DNA of 64,000 bases from Acidobacteriota bacterium (GCA_965198355.1 CBDAPI010000012.1:269191-333190), one strand, 5' to 3'; numbered from the stretch's first letter, positions 21,967 through 32,424 are shown. Numbers and translations: made by a program. Notes: generated by a model not told the origin, from the letters alone.

Positions 21967-22995
21967 CTAGCAGCAGCTCTGGCCGGGGACGCAGAGTCGT
22001 GCTTCGACTTCGCCGGCCGGCTCGAACACCGTAAAGTAGCGGGCAAAGGGCTCAGATTTCAGTATCGAAGCCGTCTTTTCGCACACCTCTTTCGTCTCTC
22101 CAGCCGGGAAGACGTGATCCGGATCATCATCGAGTTGGAATGCCTTGCCGGGGCCGTGAAACATGGCCTGCTGCCCTGTGAAATAGCATTCTCCACCCGG
22201 ATCGACGGCGGGTTTGAAGGCCTCCACCATCACCGAATAGAGTTTCACTTGTTCCAGTGAGCTGCGATGAACGTCTGACAGCAGTGCTTCGGAGAAATAA
22301 CGCTCGCTGATGTGGGGACCATCCTGCCAGAGGTAATCGGTGACGAGCTGGATTCCGTGAAATCCGGTTTCCTTGAGAAGTGAGTTGAGCTCCTGGAAAG
22401 AGAGGACTCCAGCTACGCAGTCAGCCCAGGCCTGTTTGCTCTTGCGCAGGATGTCCGGAAGTGGGGCGGAGGAAACGACGTCCGAAAAAGAAAGCTTCTT
22501 GCCGGGCTTGAGTACGCGGTGCATCTCACGATAGGCCGTTGACTTGTCGATGGCCAGATTGTTCACGCAATTCGAGAAAATGACGTCCACCGTTTCTGGG
22601 GGAAGCGGAATCTTGACGTCAAACTTCCCCCTCAGGAATTGGATGTTGTCATAGCCGAGGCCGTCCGTCGCGACTACTTGAAAAGCACGGGCTTTTTCCA
22701 GCATTTTTGAGTTCATGTCCAGCCCGTACACCAGGCCGGATGGTCCGACCTTCCTGGCGGCGATGAAGCAGTCCCGTCCCAGAGCGGGGCCCAGATCGAG
22801 AACCGTCAGCCCTTCCGCCAGAGACCGCAGCCCGGCGGGAACACCGCACCCATAGTTTCGCTCGAGTACTTCCTCGGGCAGGTGGGCCAGATCCGACTCG
22901 CTGAAAAACTCTCGATAATCGACCGCGCAGCACAGAGCCCTCTCAGTCTGTTCAGCAGCCCTGGAATATGTACTTCGGATTGTTTCTCTTGCCAT
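21967..22995 (-). CDS. arsM: Arsenite S-adenosylmethionine methyltransferase-like protein (ArsM/AS3MT family)
   Basis: LCC, NYGCG, VLDLG..GRDCF, GLDM, SNCV, DCVAG, C-terminal domain FQLD..HVF..VCEKT, terminal CC; start at MARET. Confidence 0.75.
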   Translation of the reverse strand: MARETIRSTYSRAAEQTERALCCAVDYREFFSESDLAHLPEEVLERNYGCGVPAGLRSLAEGLTVLDLGPALGRDCFIAARKVGPSGLVYGLDMNSKMLEKARAFQVVATDGLGYDNIQFLRGKFDVKIPLPPETVDVIFSNCVNNLAIDKSTAYREMHRVLKPGKKLSFSDVVSSAPLPDILRKSKQAWADCVAGVLSFQELNSLLKETGFHGIQLVTDYLWQDGPHISERYFSEALLSDVHRSSLEQVKLYSVMVEAFKPAVDPGGECYFTGQQAMFHGPGKAFQLDDDPDHVFPAGETKEVCEKTASILKSEPFARYFTVFEPAGEVEARLCVPGQSCC

Positions 22996-23074
22996 TCCCG
23001 GTCCCGTCCTCCTTCTTATGACGCAGCAGGTCTCAATTGGTCCCGGAAATCTTAGCAGAACCGGAGTGGTGCAG

Positions 23075-23118
23075 GAGCCGCCTCCCACTCTCGGGATCGG
23101 ACCACGGACGGTTTTCCT
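23075..23118 (+). repeat. 44-bp direct repeat (REP half-site plus tail), partner of 25242-25285
   Basis: GAGCCGCCTCCCACTCTCGGGATCGGACCACGGACGGTTTTCCT versus GAGGCTCCTCCCACTCTCGGGATCGGACCACGGAGGGTTTTCCT. Confidence 0.85.
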
Positions 23119-23218
23119 GAACCAATTTTCGCCGCGGTCCCGCGCCCGCGGTTCTGCTGCTTTGTTTTTGTTACCCTGTCGATGGTTCCTAATCTGCAAC
23201 CTGTAACCTTCAAGCGTC

Positions 23219-25132
23219 ATGAGCAAACCCGAATTCGACTGGAAGCTGAAAGGTGGATACGGAGAACTCGTCCGGGGAGGGGAAATCGAAGCTCGACTTC
23301 ATGCAAGAACGGCTAAACTGATTGCCGGTCTTTCGCCTGCAGGCGCGGTTCGACGGACTCGACCCGTTGATCTGAGCTTCGTCCTGAGACGACCATGGAA
23401 AGTGGAGTTGCCTGGACGGGGCGTCCTGCGGCTTGATCCGCAGACCAGTCTGACGGCCCGAATCCTGTTCTCGCACAATGCCTTTCTCGGCAACTTCCGG
23501 GTACCCGAGAGGCACTTCGCGATTCAGTGGACGGTGCAAGGGGCCGTGGAAATTGAGGGAACAGTCCGGGGTCTGGCAAGAGTCGAAGCCGGAACTAGGT
23601 TGAGCAGCACCTGGGTCACGGAATTTCCCGTAGAAGCCAGCTCCACTTCCTCGGCGCTGCTGGAAAGCTGGCGTATCTGGCTGAACCTCCTGGACTCCAG
23701 ACAGGCCCCACGCATTGGCGAAGGGCAAATTCACCGTCTGGTGTGGTCCGGAGATCTCCAGACCGGCATCGACGTCAACTGGTCTTTCCTCTAGGGCTGG
23801 TCTGTTCCCTCGAAACTCCCCTTCCTGGAAGTGACAGCCGCCGCCTCGGTCCTGGCTGGGGCCTCAGTGGGTTTCTCCGTCAGGCGTCGGGGGCGCTTTC
23901 AGTTGCAACTGAGCCGGCGCCGGCAAAAAACGGTTCTGTCCCTGCGGCAGGTCCGTGAGCTGGAAGCGGAAGGAACAGCGCAGACAGGGATCGGTGCCGC
24001 TACGACGGTTCGCCTCTCCCGGATCTCGTCGCGACGGCCACAGCTTGATCGATACGCGATCCATCCCCTCAGCCAGCCCTTGCTTCGGCAGGTGAATCGA
24101 AGGCTGGCGCAAGCCGTCGTTCGGCGCCTCCAGACCAGCCTGTCGCTCGAACTGTCCCGGAAGCGAGGGCAAACCCGACTCTTGAGGGTTGAGTGGCCGT
24201 CTTACCAGGAGCAGTCGGTCCGTGTTGCCTATCAGCATCTGTTTAGCGGGCCATTCCCTTCGCATTTGCCCGGGGGCAAAATCAGTGGCGTCTTGGAGAG
24301 GGTTAGACAGAAGAGCATCCACGTTACCCTGAATGTCTTCGACTGGATGACTCTGCGGAGAGAGAAGACCACTCGCCGGATCGAGCGCGTAAGCCTGACG
24401 CCCGAGGGTCATCTTCTCATCGAGCGTGCCGATTCTCTGGAAAAGCTGCGGGAAACAAGACAGAGTCGGCAGCTGGCCACGGTTCTCCTCAGAGACAGCG
24501 AGCAGAAAGAGAATGAGTCGACAAGGCTGAGGTGGAGTCTCGCTCGAGAGGGTCGGTTCGATCGGAAACGGCTGCTCAAGTGGCTGCGCCTGGGGCTTCA
24601 CTCGCGCATTCTCGACTCGGCCACCCTCCCCGGCCGGAAGCGTTTTCCTCTCCGACTCCGTTTTCTGCTCGTTAACGAGTACTCGAGGGCTGGCTTGTCA
24701 CGGATTCGCCAGGCCAGCCGGGAAGATTGGTGGAAGACCCTGATCCGAGTGCTCGAAATCCAGGCTCCGGATTACTACGGGGGCCCCGGTCACTGGCGCG
24801 ATTGGATTGACTTTCCGGAAGTCCGGCAGGCAATCGATCGCGATCCGGTGCAGAGTCACCTTGCTACCCGTTACCCGATTCCCGGTCGCCGATCAGTCCA
24901 GCGACGCCAGGTGGTTTCAGAGTATCTGCGGGCCCGACGCTTTCTTGATCTGTTAGATGGTTGGAAACAGGGAGATCGGGAGCGGCTGCTCCGCCTGCTG
25001 TCGGCGCGCCTCGACCCCCCGGCTTTTCTTTTTTTTGGCCTGCTTTGTCCGGATGACATGCGGCGGGGGGCAGCTGCTTTGCAGGGAGACCTGGACTATG
25101 TATGGGGAGACGAGGCGCTGTTGTTGGAGTGA
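23219..25132 (+). pseudogene. Arg-rich hypothetical protein (~637 codons) interrupted by one in-frame TAG at 23792-23794
   Basis: ORFs 23219-23794 and 23831-25132 share a frame; the linker reads WSFL*GWSVPSKLPFLEV with no other stop. Confidence 0.6.
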
Positions 25133-25189
25133 AGGTGGCGCGTCGCCGATCAGGAGCCCCCCATTTGGTTTCAGGTTTCAGATTGGAGA

Positions 25190-25255
25190 GTGGGAGGGGG
25201 CTCAGGGAGGCGGCCGTTTAAATCCTCCCGGTCGCAGCCCTGAGGCTCCTCCCAC
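25190..25255. repeat. REPIN-like inverted-repeat element (family B)
   Basis: GTGGGAGG...CGGCCGTTTAAATCCTCCCGG...CCTCCCAC; reverse-complement homolog of 26765-26832 and 47665-47732. Confidence 0.8.
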
Positions 25256-25283
25256 TCTCGGGATCGGACCACGGAGGGTTTTC

Positions 25284-26684
25284 CTACCCCTTCACCCCGT
25301 AGGCGCCAAACAGCTCGTAGTTCTTCAAAATACGGCCCAGGAAGAAAGCACAGCCGACCAGGAACCTGTCTTTGAGTTGTGACTGGGACCGTTGGTGGGC
25401 CGCAGCACAGGTTTTCACCAGGAGCAGATCGTAGCCCTGGCCCACACTTGCATCGTTCTTGGCGGCCAGAGTGGCCAGAGTCTGGACCAGTTGCGTGCGA
25501 CCTTCGTCCCCCATTCCCAGGATCGCCTGCACTGTATTTGCTGCGGCGAACGGATCACTATGGCTCACCAGGCTACGGAGAGTTTCGAAGGGATCCGTCG
25601 GACAGACGCTCTCCACCATGTCGACCACCGGGCGGGCCTGCCGGGCTTCGCGGCTTTTCCGAGAAGCCTCCTGAATGAGAAGCGAAGCAACGGCCAGGCC
25701 GTGGATTCGGTTTCCGGTCCCGGTCCTGCCTGTCCAACCTTGACGGGCATCGGTGTAGAGCAGCGCCCGAACCGGGAACAGCCAGCGGCCGATCTGGGCG
25801 TTGTTGAGCGCCTGGACTGCCGTCAACAGGAGAGCTTCGTGAATGGAGTCAAACGTGTTTCCCTGACTCGCCAGCCGGCTCAATGCGGCGAGAGCGGCGG
25901 ACGGGTCGTCAGAGTAGAGAACTGCCTCTTGGAAATTCTCCAGCTCTTCCTCAACCACGGCACTGTCTCCCTCTTCCGAGATCTCAAAGGGTTCTGCGCG
26001 GACGGCCAGATCGGCCAGCCGATCCTGGCGGGGCCCCAGAACGATAAAATGGAGCGCCGGAAAGAGGATCAACTCGGAGTGGTCCCAGTTGAGTGACTCC
26101 GCCATTTCCCAGGCCTGGGCCAGCTGAATGAACTTCAGTCCACCGTGAGCGGTGTCGTTGAATGCGCTGTTTAAGCTGTGAGTTCGGAAGAAGTCCCGTT
26201 CCTCTGAGTCTCCCAGGAATCCTCGGACCAGGGCGTAACATGTCTCGAACTGGCGGTTCGAGGCCGCTTCCTCGAACTGATTCCAGCGATCTTCCGGGGG
26301 CTGGTCCGTTACGGCCTCCTCCGAGACACCATTCCAGGGTCTGCGCTTTCGCGAATTGGCGATAAGCCAGGCCTGCTGAACGCAGGGCCACCAGAGACGT
26401 TCCTCAGGGAAAAGACTCAGTGTTGTCGCGGCACAGGAGAGACCGAAGAAACTGTGTGGAACCAGATCGCCGTAGTATTCCTCGTACAGTTTCACGGACA
26501 TCTCGGCGGTTGCCCGGCGGATGAACTCCCGTGGCTCTCCCCACTCCTCCTGGCCTGTTTTGAACAGCGTGGCGAACGCCTTCGGGTTTGAGATCTCAAA
26601 GAGTTGCTGTAGCAGTTCCTCGTTCCCCGTCCCTGGTTTATCCTTCCTCGTTTCCTGTTTCTCGTTCATCTTCCCAAGTCCCAA
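25284..26684 (-). CDS. Hypothetical protein, probably all-alpha
   Basis: 466-aa ORF with normal composition and no recognised motif; the start may be ATG 26669. Confidence 0.75.
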   Translation of the reverse strand: MGLGKMNEKQETRKDKPGTGNEELLQQLFEISNPKAFATLFKTGQEEWGEPREFIRRATAEMSVKLYEEYYGDLVPHSFFGLSCAATTLSLFPEERLWWPCVQQAWLIANSRKRRPWNGVSEEAVTDQPPEDRWNQFEEAASNRQFETCYALVRGFLGDSEERDFFRTHSLNSAFNDTAHGGLKFIQLAQAWEMAESLNWDHSELILFPALHFIVLGPRQDRLADLAVRAEPFEISEEGDSAVVEEELENFQEAVLYSDDPSAALAALSRLASQGNTFDSIHEALLLTAVQALNNAQIGRWLFPVRALLYTDARQGWTGRTGTGNRIHGLAVASLLIQEASRKSREARQARPVVDMVESVCPTDPFETLRSLVSHSDPFAAANTVQAILGMGDEGRTQLVQTLATLAAKNDASVGQGYDLLLVKTCAAAHQRSQSQLKDRFLVGCAFFLGRILKNYELFGAYGVKG

Positions 26685-26764
26685 CGTCCAAAAGTTCCAG
26701 GGTTGCCATGTTCGAACGTTGCAAGGTTATCAAACAATTTGGAATCTGGAATCTGGAATGAAAT

Positions 26765-26832
26765 GTGGAAGGCGGCCTCAGGGCCGCGACCGGGAGGATT
26801 TAAACGGCCGCCGCCCCCGAGCCGCCTCCCCC
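26765..26832. repeat. REPIN-like element (family B), preceded by GGAATCT heptamers
   Basis: GTGGAAGGCGGCCTCAGGGCCGCGACCGGGAGGATTTAAACGGCCGCCGCCCCCGAGCCGCCTCCCCC. Confidence 0.8.
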
Positions 26833-26860
26833 TTTCCCAATCTGGGATTTGGAATCAAGA

Positions 26861-26875
26861 TACAATACTCGCATG
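26861..26875 (+). promoter_or_regulatory. -10 box placed for a leaderless ispG transcript
   Basis: TACAAT-N6-ATG with no Shine-Dalgarno. Confidence 0.5.
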
Positions 26876-28408
26876 ATCGCGAGGCGAAAGAGTGTCACTG
26901 CGAGGGTAGGCGGAATCCCCGTGGGCTCCGAACACCCGGTGGTCGTTCAGAGCATGACGAACACCGACACGGCGAACGTGGAGTCAACGGTCGGGCAAAT
27001 CCGCGAACTTACCGAGGCGGGTTCGGAACTGGTTCGGATAACGGTGAACAACGAGGCCGCCGCAAGGGCGGTCCCCGAGATCATCGCTCGCCTCTCGGAC
27101 ATGGGTTGTCCGGCTCCCGTCATAGGGGACTTTCACTACAACGGCCACCTGCTGCTGGGGAAATTCCCGGATTGTGCGGGAAAGTTGGCCAAGTACCGGA
27201 TCAATCCCGGCAATGTGGGCATGGGAAAGCACCGCGACGCCAATTTTCGGAGAATGATCGAGATTGCGCTCGACAACGACAAGCCGGTCCGAATCGGAGT
27301 GAACTGGGGATCTCTCGATCAGGCTCTTCTGGATCGGTTCATGGACGAGAATGCCCGGCGGCCGGAACCTGCAGATGCCAATGAGGTGTTGATGAAGACG
27401 ATCGTGGAGAGTGCGCTACAATCGGCCGAAATGGCTCAGGAGTATGGGCTGGCTGGCGATCGGATCATCATCAGCGCCAAGGTCTCCAGAGTGCCCGATC
27501 TGATTCAGGTTTACCGGGATCTGGGTGAGCGCTGTGACTATCCCCTTCATCTGGGTCTGACCGAGGCCGGAATGGGAACGCCGGGGATTGTGGCCAGTGC
27601 CTCGGGGTTGGCAGTGCTGTTGACTGAGGGCGTGGGGGATACGATTCGTGTGAGTCTGACCCCCCGGCCCGGCGGCGATCGATGCGAGGAGGTTCTGGTA
27701 GCTCAGCAGATTCTTCAGGCTGTGGGAGTCCGGAGCTTTGCTCCCCAGGTCAGTGCGTGTCCGGGATGTGGCCGCACCACCAGTACTTTTTTCCAGGAGC
27801 TAGCCGAAGAGATCCAGAGTCACCTCTCCCGAAGAATACGCGACTGGAGGAAGATCTATCCTGGCGTCGTGGACCTCAAGGTCGCGGTTATGGGCTGCGT
27901 AGTGAACGGTCCGGGAGAGTCAAAGCAAGCAGATATTGGGATCTCACTTCCCGGTACGGGAGAGAGCCCCAAGGCTCCCGTCTACGTAGACGGCCGCCAC
28001 TTCACCACCTTAAAAGGACCCACCATTGGCGCAGACTTCCTGACCATTCTGGAGGAGTATGTGGAAAAGAGGTTTGCCACTGCTCAGCCTCTGCCGCGAC
28101 CCGACCCGGAAGTTCCTGCCGGCCCTGGCGACGCCAACGCGAGCGCGGATCCTCTGACCAAGGAGTCCGTGCCGGCTGTCAGGCTCTGGATCTGCCGCCA
28201 TCGAGTCCCGCAAGAGGGCTGGCCAAACGTCTGGTTAGTTGGCCAAGGTCTTGAGGGCTTCTGCAAGCAAGCATTAGATCTGTTAGTTAGGGTGCAAGCA
28301 AGCATTAGCAGTAGAAGCGCAGGGAAATCCCGGTGGCAAGTGTCCAGTCGGAAGTCTCACGGGTCAGCCCCCGCGCCAGCGACACGTCGAGTTGAAGGTC
28401 GTCGTTGA
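26873..28408 (+). CDS. ispG: (E)-4-hydroxy-3-methylbut-2-enyl-diphosphate synthase with atypical C-terminal extension
   Basis: [55 protein letters not shown]. Confidence 0.95.
   Translation: MIARRKSVTARVGGIPVGSEHPVVVQSMTNTDTANVESTVGQIRELTEAGSELVRITVNNEAAARAVPEIIARLSDMGCPAPVIGDFHYNGHLLLGKFPDCAGKLAKYRINPGNVGMGKHRDANFRRMIEIALDNDKPVRIGVNWGSLDQALLDRFMDENARRPEPADANEVLMKTIVESALQSAEMAQEYGLAGDRIIISAKVSRVPDLIQVYRDLGERCDYPLHLGLTEAGMGTPGIVASASGLAVLLTEGVGDTIRVSLTPRPGGDRCEEVLVAQQILQAVGVRSFAPQVSACPGCGRTTSTFFQELAEEIQSHLSRRIRDWRKIYPGVVDLKVAVMGCVVNGPGESKQADIGISLPGTGESPKAPVYVDGRHFTTLKGPTIGADFLTILEEYVEKRFATAQPLPRPDPEVPAGPGDANASADPLTKESVPAVRLWICRHRVPQEGWPNVWLVGQGLEGFCKQALDLLVRVQASISSRSAGKSRWQVSSRKSHGSAPAPATRRVEGRR
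28262..28308. repeat. Two perfect 16-bp direct repeats
   Basis: TGCAAGCAAGCATTAG at 28262-28277 and 28293-28308. Confidence 0.85.
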
Positions 28409-29120
28409 CCAGGTAGGCCAGGCCTCCGTTGATCAGGTTTTGCCACTCACCCTCCTTCTGGTGAGGATAGGTGCCGAAGGTCTCAATGAAGGCCGAGGCT
28501 GCCGAAGAGATGGATCGCCACAACGCCACAGTGTAGAAGGGCTGTGCAAAGCGGGTCTGGGTGTCCGGATCCGACGCTGAGATCACTCCGAGATTTGTGT
28601 TCAGGGAATATGCATCACCCAGGCTGAAATCGGAGGCGAAATTGACCGCAGGCTGGGTCTTGTGAGGGCGGAAGGCTTTCGTACCGGCCTCCAGGTCAGC
28701 TGAGAAGAGCAGCGCCAGGCGAGTTTTCTCCAGATCGAGGAACTTCCATTTCACTTCGACCACGGGGCTGGAGAATCCAGATTCTGTCTGGCTGAGGTCT
28801 CCGATCGCTGCTCTGGCGCGCCCCGGTCCGGCCGTCTTGAGACGAAGTTCCAGATCTTGAATGAGGCCGACCCGGAACACCATGGGAAAGAACCAGCCTT
28901 CCAGGCTCACAGAAGCTTCGGTTGTCCGGTCGTAGCTGAACCCCGTCTCGACGTGAAAAACACCTTTTCCAACCGTCTGGGCACCGCAGTAGATGCCGGG
29001 CCTGTCACTCACCATTGGGGACTGAAGCTGTGACTGAGCCAGCACCGAGCCATTGCTGAGAAGTAGGACAATCTGGACAAGACGGGTCGGTTGGAAGATA
29101 CGGAAGCAATGACAGGACAT
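28305..29120 (-). CDS. Outer-membrane beta-barrel 'transporter' (MetA-pathway/CoxB-like family)
   Basis: Signal peptide, SDRPG..TVGKG.FHVETG motif, alternating beta strands, LQLDVS, near-terminal GISLRF. Confidence 0.75.
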   Translation of the reverse strand: MSCHCFRIFQPTRLVQIVLLLSNGSVLAQSQLQSPMVSDRPGIYCGAQTVGKGVFHVETGFSYDRTTEASVSLEGWFFPMVFRVGLIQDLELRLKTAGPGRARAAIGDLSQTESGFSSPVVEVKWKFLDLEKTRLALLFSADLEAGTKAFRPHKTQPAVNFASDFSLGDAYSLNTNLGVISASDPDTQTRFAQPFYTVALWRSISSAASAFIETFGTYPHQKEGEWQNLINGGLAYLVNDDLQLDVSLARGLTRETSDWTLATGISLRFYC

Positions 29121-29129
29121 CAGCAAGCC

Positions 29130-29162
29130 TTAGCAGCCCGTGGATCAAAGGCCCACGGCTAG
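29130..29162. repeat. Degenerate family A palindrome (reverse orientation)
   Basis: TTAGCAGCCCGTGGATCAAAGGCCCACGGCTAG. Confidence 0.55.
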
Positions 29163-29334
29163 TGCTCCCGCTACGACTCCATCGAACTGGTGGAAGGGAG
29201 CACGTGACTGTTTTAACGGAAAGACCAATTGGAATCGAGTAGTTTCTGAACTATTCCCAGCCTGAATACAGGGTGGGGAGCTACTGCAGCAAGAGTTTGT
29301 GAATCCAATAGAGGCGCTGGTATAGTTCGCCGAA

Positions 29335-30801
29335 GTGAGTACTAGACCGCCCTCCCGTCCCGGGCTCTACCAGTCCCTTCTGCCGGTTCTTTTCTTGATT
29401 GTGCTGCTGGCGTTCGCGGTGTACTTTTTCGGAGAAGGCGCCTCCTACGGGCCAAACCAGATAGCGCTCATCCTTTCTGCCGCAGTGGGCGTTCTACTGG
29501 GAATTCGTAACGGCTATACCTGGAAGGAACTGGAAGAGGGGATGGTCAAGGGAGTCTCCCTGGCCCTGGGAGCGATCCTGATCCTGCTGGTGGTTGGTTC
29601 TCTGATCGGAACCTGGATTCTCTCTGGCATTGTACCGGCTCTCATCTACTGGGGATTGCAGATACTGAGCCCGACCTTCTTTTTTGCCTCTGCCTGTGCG
29701 ATCTGCGCCCTGATCTCGTTTGCAACCGGCAGCTCCTGGACCACCGTCAGTACCATTGGAATCGCGCTTGTTGGAGTCGCTGGAGCCCTGGATTTGAGCT
29801 TGCCGATTGTGGCCGGGGCGATCATTTCCGGAGCTTACTTTGGAGATAAGCTTTCGCCCCTTTCCGACACCACGAACCTGGCTCCGGCAATGGCGGGAAC
29901 CGAACTGTTTACCCACATACGTCACATGCTGTGGACCACGGTTCCGACCATCTTCATCTCTCTCGTCATCTTCACAATTCTGGGTTTGCGTGCCGAGACA
30001 AGAGTGGCCGGCGAGGGCCTTCAGGAGGTCATGGCAACTCTCTCCTCCTCCTTCGACATTGGTCCGCATCTGCTCATTCCACCGGGGATCGTGCTGCTGT
30101 TGGTGATGAGGAAAACGCCTGCCTTTCCGGCCCTTATGATCGGTGCCCTGCTGGGAGGTGTGTTCGCCTGTTTATTTCAACAACGCGTCGTGCTTCAGTT
30201 TGTGGACCAGCCGGAACTGGGGAGTTTTCTTGGTCTCTTGAAAGGCTCCTGGACGGCTCTGTTTGCCGGCTACACCTCCAGCACAGGGAATGGCCAGATT
30301 GACGAGCTGCTGACCCGCGGCGGGATGCAAAGCATGCTGGACACCGTCTGGCTGATACTTTCGGCCATGGTATTTGGAGGGGTGATGGAAAAGACTGGAA
30401 TGCTTCAGGTGATTGCCGAGAGTATTCTGTCGCGGGCGCAGAGTGCCGGCTCTCTCGTCTTTTCGACACTGGCCACCAGCATAGGAATGAACATCATCGC
30501 TTCCGATCAGTACATTTCCATTGTGGTTCCAGGCCGAATGTACCGCGCCGAGTTTCGGAAACGGGGGTTGAAAGCCAAGAACCTGTCTCGCTGCCTCGAG
30601 GACGCGGGAACCCTGACCTCGCCGCTGGTGCCCTGGAACACCTGCGGAGCTTTCATGGCACAGACTCTGTCCGTGGCTACCTTTTCTTACTTGCCGTTCT
30701 GTTTCTTCAACCTGATGAGTCCAGTTCTCTCGGCAATCTATGGATTCACCGGTTTCACAATCGAACCCATAGAAGAGACCACCGAACCCGCGCTAGTGTG
30801 A
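29335..30801 (+). CDS. nhaC: Na+/H+ antiporter NhaC family
   Basis: GSSWTT, GAYFGDKLSPLSDTTNLA, LSRCLEDAGT, LVPWNTCG; multiple TM segments. Confidence 0.93.
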   Translation: MSTRPPSRPGLYQSLLPVLFLIVLLAFAVYFFGEGASYGPNQIALILSAAVGVLLGIRNGYTWKELEEGMVKGVSLALGAILILLVVGSLIGTWILSGIVPALIYWGLQILSPTFFFASACAICALISFATGSSWTTVSTIGIALVGVAGALDLSLPIVAGAIISGAYFGDKLSPLSDTTNLAPAMAGTELFTHIRHMLWTTVPTIFISLVIFTILGLRAETRVAGEGLQEVMATLSSSFDIGPHLLIPPGIVLLLVMRKTPAFPALMIGALLGGVFACLFQQRVVLQFVDQPELGSFLGLLKGSWTALFAGYTSSTGNGQIDELLTRGGMQSMLDTVWLILSAMVFGGVMEKTGMLQVIAESILSRAQSAGSLVFSTLATSIGMNIIASDQYISIVVPGRMYRAEFRKRGLKAKNLSRCLEDAGTLTSPLVPWNTCGAFMAQTLSVATFSYLPFCFFNLMSPVLSAIYGFTGFTIEPIEETTEPALV

Positions 30802-32424
30802 CACACAATCCCACCTTCCACGGTCCGATTGCAACCCGGGAAGAAGAGGCCCTGCGAGAGGAGTTAATATGTCTGGATTCCAGCCTTTTGTGATGGAAAG
30901 AATGATGTCCAAGCACGAGCAGGAGGTGGAGTTCAACTTATCGGAGAGTGGCGTTCATCCAGTCCGTCTGGAAGAACTGGTGGCAGCCCGCCCGGACTGT
31001 CTCGAACAGCTCTTGAGCACCGAGCTGAATTACCCCCATGTGAACGGAATTCCTTCCCTGCGAGAGAACATTGCCGCAATGTACCAGGGAGCAGCGCCAG
31101 CCAACGTACTAGTCACTGTAGGTGCGATCGAGGCCAACTACATCAGCACCAGGACCATTCTCTCAGCGGGTGACGAAGTGGTTGTTATGCTGCCCAACTA
31201 CATGCAGGTGTGGGGCATCGCGCGAAACCATGCTTACTCCATCAAGACGTTCCGGTTGCGAGAGGACTGGGACTGGGCTCCTGACCTGGACCAGTTGAAG
31301 GACCTGGGGTACTGACCGGGTACATCCTTTACAAAACAAACCGGGTACATGGTTTACACAGTGGAGTTAGAGCATAGGGCAGGAAAGGAGAGGCCCTATG
31401 CCCTGGCTGGAGACCCAAGCTGTGGAACAACGGTTTCGTTTTGTTATGGATGTGAAAGCTGGAATGTACACACTCAGTGAGCTGAGCAAACGGTATGGGG
31501 TGAGCCGTCAAACAGCCTACAAGTGGTGGAATCGGTACAAGCAAGAAGGCCTGGAGGGACTGACGGATCGCTCTCGAATTCCCCACTACTGTCCTCACAA
31601 GACCCCGCCAGAGCTGGAGCGGGAGATTGTGCAGCTGCGCAAACGCCATCCCACTTGGGGGCCAGTCAAGATCATTCAGCACTTAGAGAAGCTTCGTCCA
31701 CAGTTACCTCTTCCAGCTTTCTCAACTGCCGGGGAAATCCTCAAACGTCATGGACTGATCAAGCCCCGGCGCCGGCGCCGGCGCTGGGCCCACCCGGGGC
31801 GGCCTATCGTCGAAATCCGAAACTGTAACGATGTCTGGACGGCCGACTTCAAGGGAGAGTTTAAAACCGGCAACGGGCAGTGGTGTTATCCCTTGACGAT
31901 CCTCGATCCCTACAGCCGTTATCTATTGGCCTGTAGTGCCAAGACTTCGACTCAACACACGGGTGCAATGCCTGTCTTCGAGCAACTGTTTCGTCGCTGC
32001 GGTTTACCTCAACAGATCCTCACTGACAACGGGGCACCCTTTTCCTCTACCGCCTTATGTGGTCTCTCACGTCTGGCTGTGTGGTGGATCAAGCTGGGAA
32101 TCCAGCCGCTGCGAATCCAACCAGGTCAACCGCAGCAGAATGGCCGTCATGAACGCATGCATCGCACCCTCAAGGCAGAAACCACTCGCCCCGCTGCTGG
32201 CACCCTGCCGGCTCAGCAGCAACGCTTTGATCGCTTCCAGCGCTACTACAATCAGAAACGACCTCACCAGGCGCTGGACGGAAGAACGCCCTCGGATCTA
32301 TACAGACCTTCCTCAAGGCCTTATCCCCATCAACCACCTCAACTCGAGTACCCGGCTCACTTTCTGGTTCGTAAGGTAAACAAGATCGGCCGGATCAAAC
32401 TCAAATCACGATCCCTGTTCCTAA

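Noticed and set aside
22996-23226. N-terminal extension of the methyltransferase in the track ORF
   Set aside because: It runs through a REP-derived repeat and intergenic DNA; family-like sequence starts at MARET (22995)
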